A stretch of 55,735 nt of DNA from an uncultured Planctomycetales bacterium (lineage in GTDB: Bacteria; Omnitrophota; Gorgyraeia; Gygaellales; Profunditerraquicolaceae). A program made the translations under genes and the position numbers. The notes beneath the pieces were generated by a model that saw only the letters and a list, made by a program, of their open reading frames with translations, made no database searches and was not told the origin of the DNA. This document shows, piece by piece, positions 20,933 through 31,700 of the stretch. The stretch is from NCBI GenBank assembly GCA_964582765.1, contig CAZOSW010000002.1, forward strand, positions 15,041-70,775. The letters are read 5' to 3'. How positions within the stretch are numbered: position 1 is the stretch's first letter; every line of letters starts with the position of its first letter.

Positions 20933-22018
20933 GTGAAAGAATTAATACGCAAGAGTGTATTAAACATTAAGCCTTATATTTCCGGTAAACCCATTGATGA
21001 AACTAAAAGGCAGTTAGGGCTAAAGAAAGTAATTAAGCTTGCTTCCAATGAGAATCCTTTGGGGCCATCACCGAAGGCTGTATCTGCAATGAAAAAATGT
21101 TTATCTATAGTTAATCGTTACCCGGATAAGCAGGGATTTTATTTAAAGAAGCGTCTAGCTAAATATTTTGGGTTATCTCCGGAAAATTTCGTCCTTGGCA
21201 ATGGTTCTGATGAGCTTATCGATGTTGTGGTTAGAACTTTTGTCCAACCGGATGAAAATATTATTACTGCAGATATTACTTTCTTAGAATATGAGATTAT
21301 CGCTCAAGTTAATGACCGTAAAGTTAAAAAAGCCCCACTTCGTTATTTTAAGTATGATTTAGGGGCAATTTTAAAGCTGGTAGATAAAAAAACCAAGTTA
21401 ATATTTATTGCTAATCCTAATAATCCAACCGGTACTTATGTCTCTAAGTATGAGGTGACGGAGTTCCTGGACTCCCTGCCTGCGCAGATTGTGGTGGTTT
21501 TTGATGAGGCATATGATACTTTCATTGATGTTGATGATTATCCGGCTACCTTAAGTTATTTACGTAAAAAAAAGAATATTATCATTCTTAAGACATTTTC
21601 TAAAGGGTATGGTTTAGCCGGATTGCGCTTGGGATATGCTATTGGTCAACCGGAATTGGTAACTTACATGGAACGAGTCAGGCAGCCGTTCAATGTAAAC
21701 ACTATGGCTCAGGTCGCGGGTTTAGCTGCGTTAGATGACAAGGCTTTTCTTAAAAAGACACGCCAGTTGGTTTTAAGAGGCAAGAATTTTATTTATCAGG
21801 AACTGTCCCTGTTGGGATTAGGTTACCTGCCTTCAGTTGCTAATTTTGTCCTGATAGATGTCGGACGTGACAGCAGTGATATTTTTAAAGCGATGCTTAA
21901 ATTTGGAGTAATCGTGCGGGATATGAAACAGTATGGATTAGATAATTTTATTCGTCTAACTATTGGCACGCAAAATGAGAATATAAGAGCTATGCGTGTT
22001 TTAAGAAAAGTTCTTTAA
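20933..22018 (+). CDS. hisC: Histidinol-phosphate / aromatic aminotransferase
   Basis: 361 aa with LASNENPLGPSP, NPNNPTG, and PLP-Lys region TFSKGYGLAGLRLGY. Confidence 0.9.
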   Translation: MKELIRKSVLNIKPYISGKPIDETKRQLGLKKVIKLASNENPLGPSPKAVSAMKKCLSIVNRYPDKQGFYLKKRLAKYFGLSPENFVLGNGSDELIDVVVRTFVQPDENIITADITFLEYEIIAQVNDRKVKKAPLRYFKYDLGAILKLVDKKTKLIFIANPNNPTGTYVSKYEVTEFLDSLPAQIVVVFDEAYDTFIDVDDYPATLSYLRKKKNIIILKTFSKGYGLAGLRLGYAIGQPELVTYMERVRQPFNVNTMAQVAGLAALDDKAFLKKTRQLVLRGKNFIYQELSLLGLGYLPSVANFVLIDVGRDSSDIFKAMLKFGVIVRDMKQYGLDNFIRLTIGTQNENIRAMRVLRKVL

Positions 22019-22133
22019 TGTCCCCGTTGATAAAGGCACCTAGCGTTAATCAGCACCTAGCCCAGCGTAAGGCACCAACGCTAAAGAGGAATTGCGTTGG
22101 TATTGTCTGAGGTGGATAAGGAGAAAAACTAAA

Positions 22134-23153
22134 ATGATTATTGTTTTAAGGCCTGAAGCAACAGAAGCGCAAGTTAATCATATTATTGATAAAGTAAAGG
22201 CATTGGGTTTAACTCCGCATGTTTCTAAGGGTTCGGAGAGGACGATTATCGGAGTTATTGGTCCGGAGGATGTCTTACGAGTTACGCCGCTAGAAGTTTA
22301 CCCGGGAGTAGAAAATGTTATTCCTGTTCTCTCTCCGTTTAGACTAGTTTCTCGTGAGTTTAAGAAAGAAGATTCTGTAATTGATCTTGGTAAGGGGGTT
22401 AAAATCGGAGGCAAAGAAATAGTTGTTATGGCAGGTCCTTGTACTATTGAGAATATTGATAGTTTGTTTGAGATTGCTAGAGAAACAAAAAAAGCAGGTG
22501 CGACAGTGTTGCGTGGTGGCGCTTTTAAGCCGCGAACATCTCCTTATAGTTTTCAGGGCTTGGGTAAGGCGGGATTGCAGATGCTTAGGGAAGTGGGAAA
22601 TGAATTAGGTTTGGTCACGGTAAGTGAAGTAATGGATAGCCGAGACGTTAGTTTAGTTGCTAATTATGTGGATATCTTGCAGATTGGATGCCGTAATATG
22701 CAGAATTTTAATCTTTTAAAAGAAGTAGGTGCTACTAAGAAACCGGTACTTTTAAAGCGCGGGATGGCTTCGACAGTTAAAGATATGCTTATGTCTGCTG
22801 AGTATATATTGAGCGGAGGTAATTTTTCGGTAATTCTTTGTGAAAGAGGGATTCGGACTTTTGAGGATTCTACGCGTAATACTTTAGATATAAGCGCGGT
22901 TCCGGTAGCTAAAGTACTTTCGCATTTACCGATTATAGTGGATCCTTCGCATGCTGCAGGAAAGTGGGGTCTAGTTCCTGCTTTGGCCAGGGCGGGTATT
23001 GCCGCAGGCGCTGATGGCTTGATTATTGAAGTGCATAATCATCCTGAAGAAGCAGTTTCTGACGGTGCGCAATCACTCATTCCGGATAATTTCTCTACCC
23101 TTATGAGTGAAATTAAGGCCATTGCTAATTCTATAGGAAGAAAACTCTCATGA
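22134..23153 (+). CDS. aroF: 3-deoxy-7-phosphoheptulonate (DAHP) synthase, type I-beta with N-terminal ferredoxin-like regulatory domain
   Basis: Start at ATG 22134 after [19 protein letters not shown] regulatory domain, then [19 protein letters not shown] and VDPSH catalytic motifs. Confidence 0.9.
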   Translation: MIIVLRPEATEAQVNHIIDKVKALGLTPHVSKGSERTIIGVIGPEDVLRVTPLEVYPGVENVIPVLSPFRLVSREFKKEDSVIDLGKGVKIGGKEIVVMAGPCTIENIDSLFEIARETKKAGATVLRGGAFKPRTSPYSFQGLGKAGLQMLREVGNELGLVTVSEVMDSRDVSLVANYVDILQIGCRNMQNFNLLKEVGATKKPVLLKRGMASTVKDMLMSAEYILSGGNFSVILCERGIRTFEDSTRNTLDISAVPVAKVLSHLPIIVDPSHAAGKWGLVPALARAGIAAGADGLIIEVHNHPEEAVSDGAQSLIPDNFSTLMSEIKAIANSIGRKLS

Positions 23154-23980
23154 AAATGTTTAATAAAGCTGTAATCATCGGCACAGGTTTAATCGGCGGA
23201 TCGCTGGGATTAGCCTTAAAAAAGAAAAAATTGGTCCAGACTATTTTTGGTCTTAGTTTTCATCAGAAAAATGCTCGATTAGCTAAGAAAATCGGTGCAA
23301 TAGACTTAATAGCTAAAGATCTGGAGGTAGTCCGGGATGCTGACCTGGTTATACTTGCTACACCTGTTGAATCAATTATTGATATTGCCTGGAGGATTAA
23401 AGATAAATTGCAAAAGGATTGCATTGTTATAGATGTAGGCAGCACTAAGGAAGAAGTTGTGTCTAAATTAAACTCAGTTATTTCTAATTTTATCGGTTGC
23501 CATCCTCTGGCTGGTTCGGAAAAAAGAGGAATTGCTAATTTAGAAAGTGATATTTTTAACGGTTCAGTTTGTATCCTTACGCCTACAGCTCTAACTAATA
23601 AAAAAGCATTAAATAAAATTAAGGCTTTTTGGACAAAATTAGGCACAGAGATAGTTATTATTTCTCCAGAAAAGCATGATCAGGCTCTCGCCTGCACTAG
23701 CCACTTGCCGCATGCAATCGCGTTTACTTTAATAAACTCGATACCTGAGAAGTTTTTAAGTCTAAGTTCAAAAGGGTTAAGAGATGTTACTAGGATTTCC
23801 AGTTCTGACGCTAACCTTTGGGCCCAGATATTTTTAAGTAACCGCAATAATTTATTGTCTGCGATATCTTCCTTCCAGAAAAAATTTACTGTTCTAAAGC
23901 TCGCCATGAAAAATAAAGATAAAGCACTTTTGAAAAAAATTCTAAAAGAAGGCAATAAAAAAAGAAAGAGATTGGGATGA
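23150..23980 (+). CDS. tyrA: Prephenate dehydrogenase
   Basis: 276 aa with [15 protein letters not shown] Rossmann motif and [10 protein letters not shown] active-site region. Confidence 0.85.
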   Translation: MKMFNKAVIIGTGLIGGSLGLALKKKKLVQTIFGLSFHQKNARLAKKIGAIDLIAKDLEVVRDADLVILATPVESIIDIAWRIKDKLQKDCIVIDVGSTKEEVVSKLNSVISNFIGCHPLAGSEKRGIANLESDIFNGSVCILTPTALTNKKALNKIKAFWTKLGTEIVIISPEKHDQALACTSHLPHAIAFTLINSIPEKFLSLSSKGLRDVTRISSSDANLWAQIFLSNRNNLLSAISSFQKKFTVLKLAMKNKDKALLKKILKEGNKKRKRLG

Positions 23981-24630
23981 TTATAGCTATTGACGGGCCG
24001 GCTGGAGCTGGAAAAAGCACGGTTGCTAAGATGCTGGCTCAACGGCTCGGCTTTCTTTATATAGATACAGGTGCAATGTATCGGGCCCTAACATTAAAAG
24101 CCTTAGAAAATAATGTGCCTATAGGTGATGAACGAAAGATTATTCAGCTTGCGCGCGACGTAAAGATAGACTTGATTAATAATGCTGACGGATCATTAAG
24201 CGTTATTTTGGACGGTAAGGATGCTTCCTTGGATATTCGTAAGGGGCGAATTACGCAATTTGTTTCAGAGATAGCTAAAATCAAAGAGGTGCGCCAGGTA
24301 TTGGTAAAAATGCAAAGGGAACTCGGGGCAAGAGGGGATTGCGTCTTAGACGGCAGGGACATAGGTACAGTGGTTTTTCCAAACGCAGAAAAGAAATTTT
24401 TTATCGATGCTTCAGCAGAGGAGCGGACAAGGCGGCGTTTTAAGGAGTTAAAAGGATTAAAACAGAATATATCGCAAGATGATGTTGCTCGTGATTTATC
24501 TAATCGGGATAAAATTGATTCAACCCGAGAGACTTCACCTTTACGTAAAGCGCCTGATGCGATTTACATCGATACGACTGATCTTTCCATAGAAGAAGTT
24601 GTAGATAAAATGTTAGGTTTTATAAAATAA
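23977..24630 (+). CDS. cmk: Cytidylate kinase
   Basis: 217 aa with IAIDGPAGAGKST P-loop, YIDTGAMYRA and DGRDIGTVVFP. Confidence 0.95.
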   Translation: MIIAIDGPAGAGKSTVAKMLAQRLGFLYIDTGAMYRALTLKALENNVPIGDERKIIQLARDVKIDLINNADGSLSVILDGKDASLDIRKGRITQFVSEIAKIKEVRQVLVKMQRELGARGDCVLDGRDIGTVVFPNAEKKFFIDASAEERTRRRFKELKGLKQNISQDDVARDLSNRDKIDSTRETSPLRKAPDAIYIDTTDLSIEEVVDKMLGFIK

Positions 24631-26430
24631 ATGGATAGGACTTTACTTAGGAATTTTTCAATCATTGCGCATATCGATCATGGTAAATCTACTTTGGCTG
24701 ACCGGATATTAGAAATAACCGGCGCTGTTGATGTGCGACATAAAGGAGACCAGCTGCTTGATGATATGGATCTTGAGAAAGAAAGAGGTATTACCATTAA
24801 GGCCTCAATGGTAAGGCTTAATTATTTTTCCAAAAAGTTTAATAAAGAGTATGTCTTAAACCTTATTGATACTCCCGGCCATGTTGATTTTACTTATGAA
24901 GTATCTAAATCTCTGGCTGCTTGTGAAGGGGCAGTGTTGATAGTTGACGCCGGCCAAGGCATTGAAGCCCAGACTGTTGGAAATTATTATCTGGCTTTAG
25001 AAAATAATCTTCAAGTTATTCCGGTAATTAACAAAGTCGATTTAATTTCTGCAGATGTACCCCGCGTTAAATCGCAGGTAGAAACTGTTTTGGGTTTTAA
25101 AGATGAAGAGATTATCTTGGCTTCAGCAAAAGAAGGCAGGGGGGTTGTTGAAATTTTAGATAGGATAGTCCAAACCGTTCCTGCACCTGGCGGAGAAGCC
25201 GCAGGCCCGCTTAAGGCCTTAATTTTTGACTGCCGTTTTGATGCTTTTAAAGGAGTAGTTGTTTTTGTGAAAGTTATAGACGGAGAAATTACGTCTAAAA
25301 CTCAATTAAAGATGTTTCATAGCGGGAAAATTTATAAAATTGAAGAGCTTGGCGTGTTCAAAGATTTAAAATATTGTGCTGTTGATATTTTGACCTGCGG
25401 AGAAGTGGGTTATTTTACTGCGAATATGCGTGATCCCCGGGAAGTAGTAATCGGGGATACGATTACTGATCCTAAAAATCCCTGCGTTCAAGCATTGCCG
25501 GGTTACCGTAAAGTAAAACCTTTGGTCTTCTGTGGTATTTATCCGGTTAATTCTGCGGATTTCCCAGAGTTACGCGATGCCATGGATAAATTAAAACTAT
25601 CGGATGCTTCTTTTGTGTTTGAGCCGGAAAATTCACAATCATTTGGGACAGGTTTTCGCTGCGGTTTTTTAGGTCTCCTGCATATGGAGATTGTTCAGGA
25701 GCGGCTTGAACGCGAATATGGCCTGAATTTAATTCTTACCGTACCTAATGTTGTTTATCGCTTAAAAACAAAATCCGGCGAGCTTATTGAAGTTGATACT
25801 CCCGCTAAACTTTGCCCGACACAGGATATTGAAGAGGCCCTTGAACCATATTCAAGCCTACTTATGATTGTGCCAGTTGATTCTATCGAAGCGATTTGCG
25901 ATTTTACCAAATCGCGCAGAGGAATATTTGTTTCAAACGAGTACTTAGGTGAAGATCGAGTAAAGGTAATTTTCCAGATCCCTCTTTCTGAAATAATCGT
26001 TGATTTTTATGACCGCATGAAATCAATTACCCGGGGTTACGGTTCCATGGATTATGAGGTTAAAGAATATTTACCGACAAAATTAGTAAAACTTGATATA
26101 TTGCTTAACGGTCAGATCTGCGATGCTTTTTCGTCCTTGATGTTTAAAGACAAGGCTATGTCAAGGGCGCATATTTTAGTTTCTAAATTAAAGGAGTTAA
26201 TTCCCCGTCAGCTGTTTGAAGTGGCTATTCAGGCGGCCGTGGGAAATCAGATTTTAGCTTCGCAAAAGGTGCGACCAGTAGGAAAACATGCTACCAGTAA
26301 ATGTTCTGGAGGAGATATTACCCGAAAGCGTAAACTTTGGGAAATTCAGAAAAAGGGAAAGAAACGCTTAAAACAATTTGGTAAGGTAGAAATACCACAA
26401 GAAGCATTCCTGGAGGTATTAAAGATATGA
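24631..26430 (+). CDS. lepA: Elongation factor 4
   Basis: 599 aa with NFSIIAHIDHGKSTLADR, DTPGHVDF, NKVDL and the LepA C-terminal domain. Confidence 0.97.
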   Translation: MDRTLLRNFSIIAHIDHGKSTLADRILEITGAVDVRHKGDQLLDDMDLEKERGITIKASMVRLNYFSKKFNKEYVLNLIDTPGHVDFTYEVSKSLAACEGAVLIVDAGQGIEAQTVGNYYLALENNLQVIPVINKVDLISADVPRVKSQVETVLGFKDEEIILASAKEGRGVVEILDRIVQTVPAPGGEAAGPLKALIFDCRFDAFKGVVVFVKVIDGEITSKTQLKMFHSGKIYKIEELGVFKDLKYCAVDILTCGEVGYFTANMRDPREVVIGDTITDPKNPCVQALPGYRKVKPLVFCGIYPVNSADFPELRDAMDKLKLSDASFVFEPENSQSFGTGFRCGFLGLLHMEIVQERLEREYGLNLILTVPNVVYRLKTKSGELIEVDTPAKLCPTQDIEEALEPYSSLLMIVPVDSIEAICDFTKSRRGIFVSNEYLGEDRVKVIFQIPLSEIIVDFYDRMKSITRGYGSMDYEVKEYLPTKLVKLDILLNGQICDAFSSLMFKDKAMSRAHILVSKLKELIPRQLFEVAIQAAVGNQILASQKVRPVGKHATSKCSGGDITRKRKLWEIQKKGKKRLKQFGKVEIPQEAFLEVLKI

Positions 26431-27002
26431 GTTTAAAAAAGAAATCAGTATTACGTGATTGGGTTGAATCACTTATAATTGCTTTTGTTATGGCTATGTT
26501 TATTCGCGCATTTATAGTGCAGGCTTTTAAGATCCCTTCCGGGTCAATGCGCATGACTTTAGTTGAAGGAGACCTGATACTTGTAAATAAATTTATTTAT
26601 GGAGCGAAGGTTCCTTTTACCGGCTTTCGTCTTCCTGCTTTAAGTCAACCAAAAAGAGGGGATGTAATAGTATTCATTTATCCTGAAGATAAGAAAAAAG
26701 ATTTTATTAAAAGGTTGGTTGGGTTGCCGGGTGAAACAGTTGAAATTAAAGGTGGTTCGGTCTATATTAATGATAAGCCGGCTCCTGAGACGATTTTTAA
26801 TCAGATTTATTATTTTAACAAAGGTAATTTTGGCTTATTAGATCAGAAAATAGTCGTGCCAAAAGACAATTATTTTGTTTTAGGAGATAATTCTGTTTCT
26901 TCCAAAGATAGCCGCTACTGGGGTTTTGTGCCGAAAGAAGATATCCTCGGACAAGCAATGATTATTTATTGGCCCCTGCAAAGGATGAGGGTAATTAAAT
27001 GA
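26427..27002 (+). CDS. lepB: Signal peptidase I
   Basis: 191 aa with one TM helix, catalytic Ser box PSGSMRMTL, Lys box KRLVGLPGE, and GDNSVSSKDSRYWG. Confidence 0.95.
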   Translation: MSLKKKSVLRDWVESLIIAFVMAMFIRAFIVQAFKIPSGSMRMTLVEGDLILVNKFIYGAKVPFTGFRLPALSQPKRGDVIVFIYPEDKKKDFIKRLVGLPGETVEIKGGSVYINDKPAPETIFNQIYYFNKGNFGLLDQKIVVPKDNYFVLGDNSVSSKDSRYWGFVPKEDILGQAMIIYWPLQRMRVIK

Positions 27003-27070
27003 AACCCGTTAGGACTCTTGGTGGCGCTCATTACGGCATGTCTAAAAGATAAGAAAGGATTTATTGCGGT

Positions 27071-27634
27071 ATGAATGTAGCGAATAAAATTTCCACATTT
27101 CGTATTTTGAGCGTTCCTTTTTTTATTGCCTGCCTGCTATATTATTCTCCGGAAACAATGTTTCTAAAAAATTTAGCTTTAGTAATATTTATTTTAGGCG
27201 TAATTTCTGACGGTTTAGATGGTTTTATCGCTAGAAAAGCTAAATTGCAATCAAAGGCGGGATTAATTTTAGATCCATTAGGAGATAAGCTTTTATTAAT
27301 GAGTGCTTTTATATTTTTATCACCGATAAGCAGGCTGGAATTAAAATTTCCGCTGTGGGTTGTTTTTATCGTAATTTCGCGGGATTTGATTATAATTATG
27401 GGGGCTGTAGTCATTTATATGGTTAAACAGACTATTGATGTTTATCCGACAAAGTGGGGTAAACTTACAACAGTATTTCAAATGCTCTCAGTTATTTGTG
27501 TTTTACTGCAATGGAAGCAGGCTTTGTTTATCTGGTGGCCGGCAGTAATTTTTACAATTATTTCAGGAATAGATTACGTAAAGAGAGGATTTAAGATTCT
27601 ATATGCTTTGGACAATCGCCGCACTACTTGCTAG
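27071..27634 (+). CDS. pgsA: CDP-diacylglycerol--glycerol-3-phosphate 3-phosphatidyltransferase
   Basis: 187 aa with CDP-alcohol phosphatidyltransferase motif DGLDGFIARK...GLILDPLGDK. Confidence 0.9.
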   Translation: MNVANKISTFRILSVPFFIACLLYYSPETMFLKNLALVIFILGVISDGLDGFIARKAKLQSKAGLILDPLGDKLLLMSAFIFLSPISRLELKFPLWVVFIVISRDLIIIMGAVVIYMVKQTIDVYPTKWGKLTTVFQMLSVICVLLQWKQALFIWWPAVIFTIISGIDYVKRGFKILYALDNRRTTC

Positions 27635-28244
27635 CTATTTATTAGGCAGTATACCTACAGCTTATCTTTTCGGAAAAATCCTTAAAGGTATAGATATTCG
27701 TAAGGTAGGTTCTGGAAATGTCGGTGCGACCAATGCTATGCGTATTTTGGGCAAAGGGCCGGGAATTACGGTTTTACTTTTTGATATTTTAAAAGGTTTT
27801 GTTGCGGTGATATTTCTAGGAAATTATTTTGTAAATAAACCTGTTTTATTGCAGGAAGAGAACTTATTTATCCTCGTGGGGATATGCTGTATTTGCGGCC
27901 ATAACTGGAGCATATTTTTACAATTTAAAGGAGGCAAGGGGATTGCAACTTCTTTTGGCGTATTATTGGCACTTTCCATGAAAATATCCGGTTTGAATAT
28001 AGTGATGGGATTGATAGTTTTAACCTGGTTTACTGTTTTTATAATTTCAAGAGTGGTTTCTTTGTCTTCGATTGCTTCGGCCGTAGCTCTTCCGATTTTT
28101 TGCTTTTTCTTTAAACTACCAGTTTCGGTTTTATTTTTAAGTTTATTGCTTAGTGTTTTTGTAATTATCCGTCATAAAGCTAATCTCTCCAGAATGTTTA
28201 AAGGTGAAGAACCTCGCCTGTATTTTAAGAAAAAAGCCAATTAA
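27603..28244 (+). CDS. plsY: Glycerol-3-phosphate acyltransferase PlsY
   Basis: 213 aa with YLLGSIPTAYL, SGNVGATNA and HNWSIFLQFKGGKGIAT. Confidence 0.95.
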   Translation: MLWTIAALLASYLLGSIPTAYLFGKILKGIDIRKVGSGNVGATNAMRILGKGPGITVLLFDILKGFVAVIFLGNYFVNKPVLLQEENLFILVGICCICGHNWSIFLQFKGGKGIATSFGVLLALSMKISGLNIVMGLIVLTWFTVFIISRVVSLSSIASAVALPIFCFFFKLPVSVLFLSLLLSVFVIIRHKANLSRMFKGEEPRLYFKKKAN

Positions 28245-28272
28245 TTTATAAAGCAAACGCTTTCTTTTTTAA

Positions 28273-28301
28273 GCCAAATCCTATTGATTTGGCCTTTTTT
28301 T
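28273..28301 (+). terminator. Rho-independent terminator after plsY
   Basis: gccaaatc-ctatt-gatttggc hairpin (8 bp) followed by a 7-nt T-run. Confidence 0.7.
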
Positions 28302-28392
28302 GGTTGCATACTTAGCTTGATAATAAATTCCCACTAGTCACAAAGGGGAGCCTGGTTGCCTTGCGGGAATCCGGCTAATTATAAAGGATAAC

Positions 28393-28731
28393 ATGCGAGA
28401 TTTATTCTATAAGAATTTAACTTCATTGGATAGGGGCCGTAAGATAATCGCTAGTTCCGAGGTGGTGGATAAAGAGGGCATACATAGCGTGGTGCACCGT
28501 CATTTTGCTTATATCATAAAGCAGGTTCCCGCAGCTTCTTCTGAAAAGCCAAAACCATACCTATATGTTTTAAAAGAAATAAATTCTAAAGAGAAACGAG
28601 AGCGTTTCTTTTGTAAAATCAAAGGGAGTATTGTTATTGTGCATAATGGAAAAATATTGCTTGTTACTTTTGTGCATACTTTGAGAGTCCAGCTTACAGC
28701 TTCTGCGAAATTAAGCGAGCAAATCGGCTAA
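28393..28731 (+). CDS. Hypothetical protein, no family recognised
   Basis: 112-aa ORF with a weak SD (aaagga) 5 nt upstream. Convergent with the large minus-strand gene. No motif I can name. Confidence 0.4.
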   Translation: MRDLFYKNLTSLDRGRKIIASSEVVDKEGIHSVVHRHFAYIIKQVPAASSEKPKPYLYVLKEINSKEKRERFFCKIKGSIVIVHNGKILLVTFVHTLRVQLTASAKLSEQIG

Positions 28732-28786
28732 TTCGAATAAATAATAGAAAAAAAGCGCATGCTTTTTAAGATGTCGGTCCTAGTTT

Positions 28787-31700
28787 TTATTCTAGGAAGA
28801 TATCGATTTGCTTGATTTGGCGTGACCTTATTTTTTGTGCATAAGGTTGACTAAGGATGGCGGAGTTAACTTCTATAGGTTGGTTGTTTTCAAAAATAAT
28901 TATTTTTTCTATCCGGGCGCAACCTTTGCCGAAAGTATTTTTTCTTTCGGGATTATGATAAGTTACCCGGATTTGGCTTAGGAAATTGAAACAGTATTTT
29001 CCCTTTCTATCGAATAACCATCCCGCTAAATTGGGTTTAAAGGTTAAGTTAAGCTGCCCAGTTTTATCTAATGAAAATGGATGTAGGCCTGCGTTCATTA
29101 TTAGCCAAATCTGGAGAAATTCAGCGGTTGACCCAGAGAGCCTGGCTACGAAACCATTACCATGTAATTTTTTATCGGCAAATGCACTACTAACTAAGAA
29201 AGATGAATTTTCCAATATGCTTCGGCCGTATCTTTGAGGATTCTGAAAAGGGATAAGCACATTTTTGAATTCTGCATAAAACTCTTCAATTAATCCTCCT
29301 TTAAGTAATTCTAGGATATATTTATATTCCATGTGCAACCAGATGGATTGATTTTCAAGCCAGCCGGGTGTAAATATGCGGCATCGGCCGATTTCTTCCG
29401 GCATTGTGTCAAGAGGGGCAGTTACTTTGTACATCTTTAGGTTTCTGTCGAAAAGCTGGCTTTTTTTAGTCGATTTATGAAGGGTCAAGAACTGCTGCTT
29501 ATCTTCGCAAAGCCTTAACGCATGCATTTGGCCTTCAAGGAAAAGGGGCAATGGGCGTTGAACAAATTTTTTAGGGTGTATATAATGATCCTTAACTAAA
29601 TCATATTCAGTAACTTCATTAATAAAGTATGAGTTGTAGACACCCAGTGATTTGTTAAAGGCCTTATTTAATCCCGAATCAACTTTTTTTAAAGCGGCAT
29701 CCAGGAATGGAATAAGACTGTGAATAGGCAGGCTAGCTAGGGTCCCGGAAAAACCCAGGTGAGTCTTATGCCGATAATCTTCTTTTACGGCACTACTCTT
29801 ATCCCAATATTCCAACTCGCACTCCGAAAATAAAACAGAGAGTTGTTCGATAAATATAGATATTTCTTCAGCAAGCTCAATTCCGTCAGATGGTGATTTT
29901 TCCAAAGCCTGTTTTATCATTTTAAGCAGGCGTTTTAATTCAAAGGTTTCACAGATAGATGATCCAAAAAGAGCAGGTAAGCCGTTAAGAGAATCAAACC
30001 AGTTCGGTTTATTCGCCTCCATTTCGATCCCTACCCCAAATGGATCAAGGGAGGCTAGTTTATTTGCCGCCAGACACAAAAGTTTGGCGATTAGCGTAGT
30101 GTAATGAATCTCACCCATGCCAAACTGATTTCTCAAAAGGTGGGGATTGTTTAAGCGCTTGCGCAGCATTTCTTTCTTTGGAGTATCAAACATAAGAGAA
30201 TGAAGTTGACGCGGAGCGCCGTTATAAAGGATATATTTTTCGCTGCGCGGCTTAACTAACTCCGTATTATCGTAAAAAGAAAAAACTCTTTTGCCAAAAA
30301 ATAGCTCACTAAACTTTTCCGGATAAATCCCCAGATAACTATCAATTAGATCCAAATTATAAGCCCAGTGATCTGTCCAAAAACCTTCCCCGTGCTCAGC
30401 TTCTTGTATCTTTGAGGCAGAACGGAGTAGTAGCTCTAGGAAATCATCATAAGAACATTTGAGTTTAATCCTGTTATCTTCGATGAAAAAGATGAGCTCT
30501 CCGGGTGTAAAAGATTTCTCAAAGAAGGATTTAAGTTTATTAATATCATTTATTTCAATCATCATCCCCGATAGTTTAAATAGGTCTAGATCATCCTTGA
30601 GCAGGAAACTTTCACCTTTTATAATTAAAGGATTAAAACCATCCGCTTGAATTAAATTCATAAAGAAGATAATATTCTCATCCTGGATCGCAGGATTAAA
30701 CCAGAGGTCACTGCGCCGGTTTTGGTTTGTATCGCGATAGTTACCGTTACCTTGCGAAAAATATGTCGGTTGCAGCTGAAATTTATTGTAATCTCTTTCT
30801 AAATCACCGTGTTTGCGCGCGTAAAGGTAAAAAACGGCTCCCGATTTAAAAACTTTAGGATAACCGCCGCGCATAATGTTATCTAAATAAGTTTGTCCCG
30901 CATAGAGGTTAAACGGTTCAGAGCTGCTTTTAGTCAGAATGTCATCTTTTAATTTACGAATTAGTTCTGAATTTTGAGCAAGTTTATACTCTATATAGCC
31001 GTACTTTGTAATTTTATTAATCGAATTATTGAGTGTTTCGGTGTCGCGGGCATGTCCGATTATTGTATAAAATGTTTTTTGCTCTTTTGGTTTTAATTCA
31101 AAGCTTAGTAAAAGTAAAGCGCTGGGAGTCTTACTCTTGGTTAATTGCCAAGCGGGATATGAAAATTTTTGTTTTGATAAAAACTTAAGAGGATAAGAAA
31201 AATCGGTTACTGCCCCGAAGACAGTTTCCGGATCAACAATCGGCCGTATCTTTTTGGGTTTAGTGCCCTGGAAATGGAAACCAAGATAGAAGTTTCCGGA
31301 ATCAATATGTACTACTTCAGGCCTGTCAGACGGGTCAACTGTTAGCCTGTAAAACGGAACATCTTTATCTAGATTATCAATATTCATCCAGGCTTCGATA
31401 GTGCGCCCCAGTTTTTTTAAGAAAAAATTATTTACGCCAAAAGGGACGATTTGGCTCAGGCCGTCAATAATTTCTATAGATCGGTGTTTCTTACCCGTGT
31501 TTTCAATCGATACTGTCCTACTTAAACCGGCAAAGCTATCATTTGGAATATTAAAATATTCTACGCGAGTTTTAATCCCTAGGGTGAAATTGTTTTCTTC
31601 TATGGTAAGTTTCGCGGAATCTATATACATCGAATTAACTGTTCGGTATTTTAGATTCATATAGCCATTATGAAATGGTTCGTAATATATAGTTTCTTTT

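Noticed and set aside
28302-28392. Known riboswitch (c-di-GMP, fluoride, preQ1) in the leader of the 112-aa ORF.
   Set aside because: I could not match the conserved cores of these classes by eye. Only a covariance-model scan could decide.
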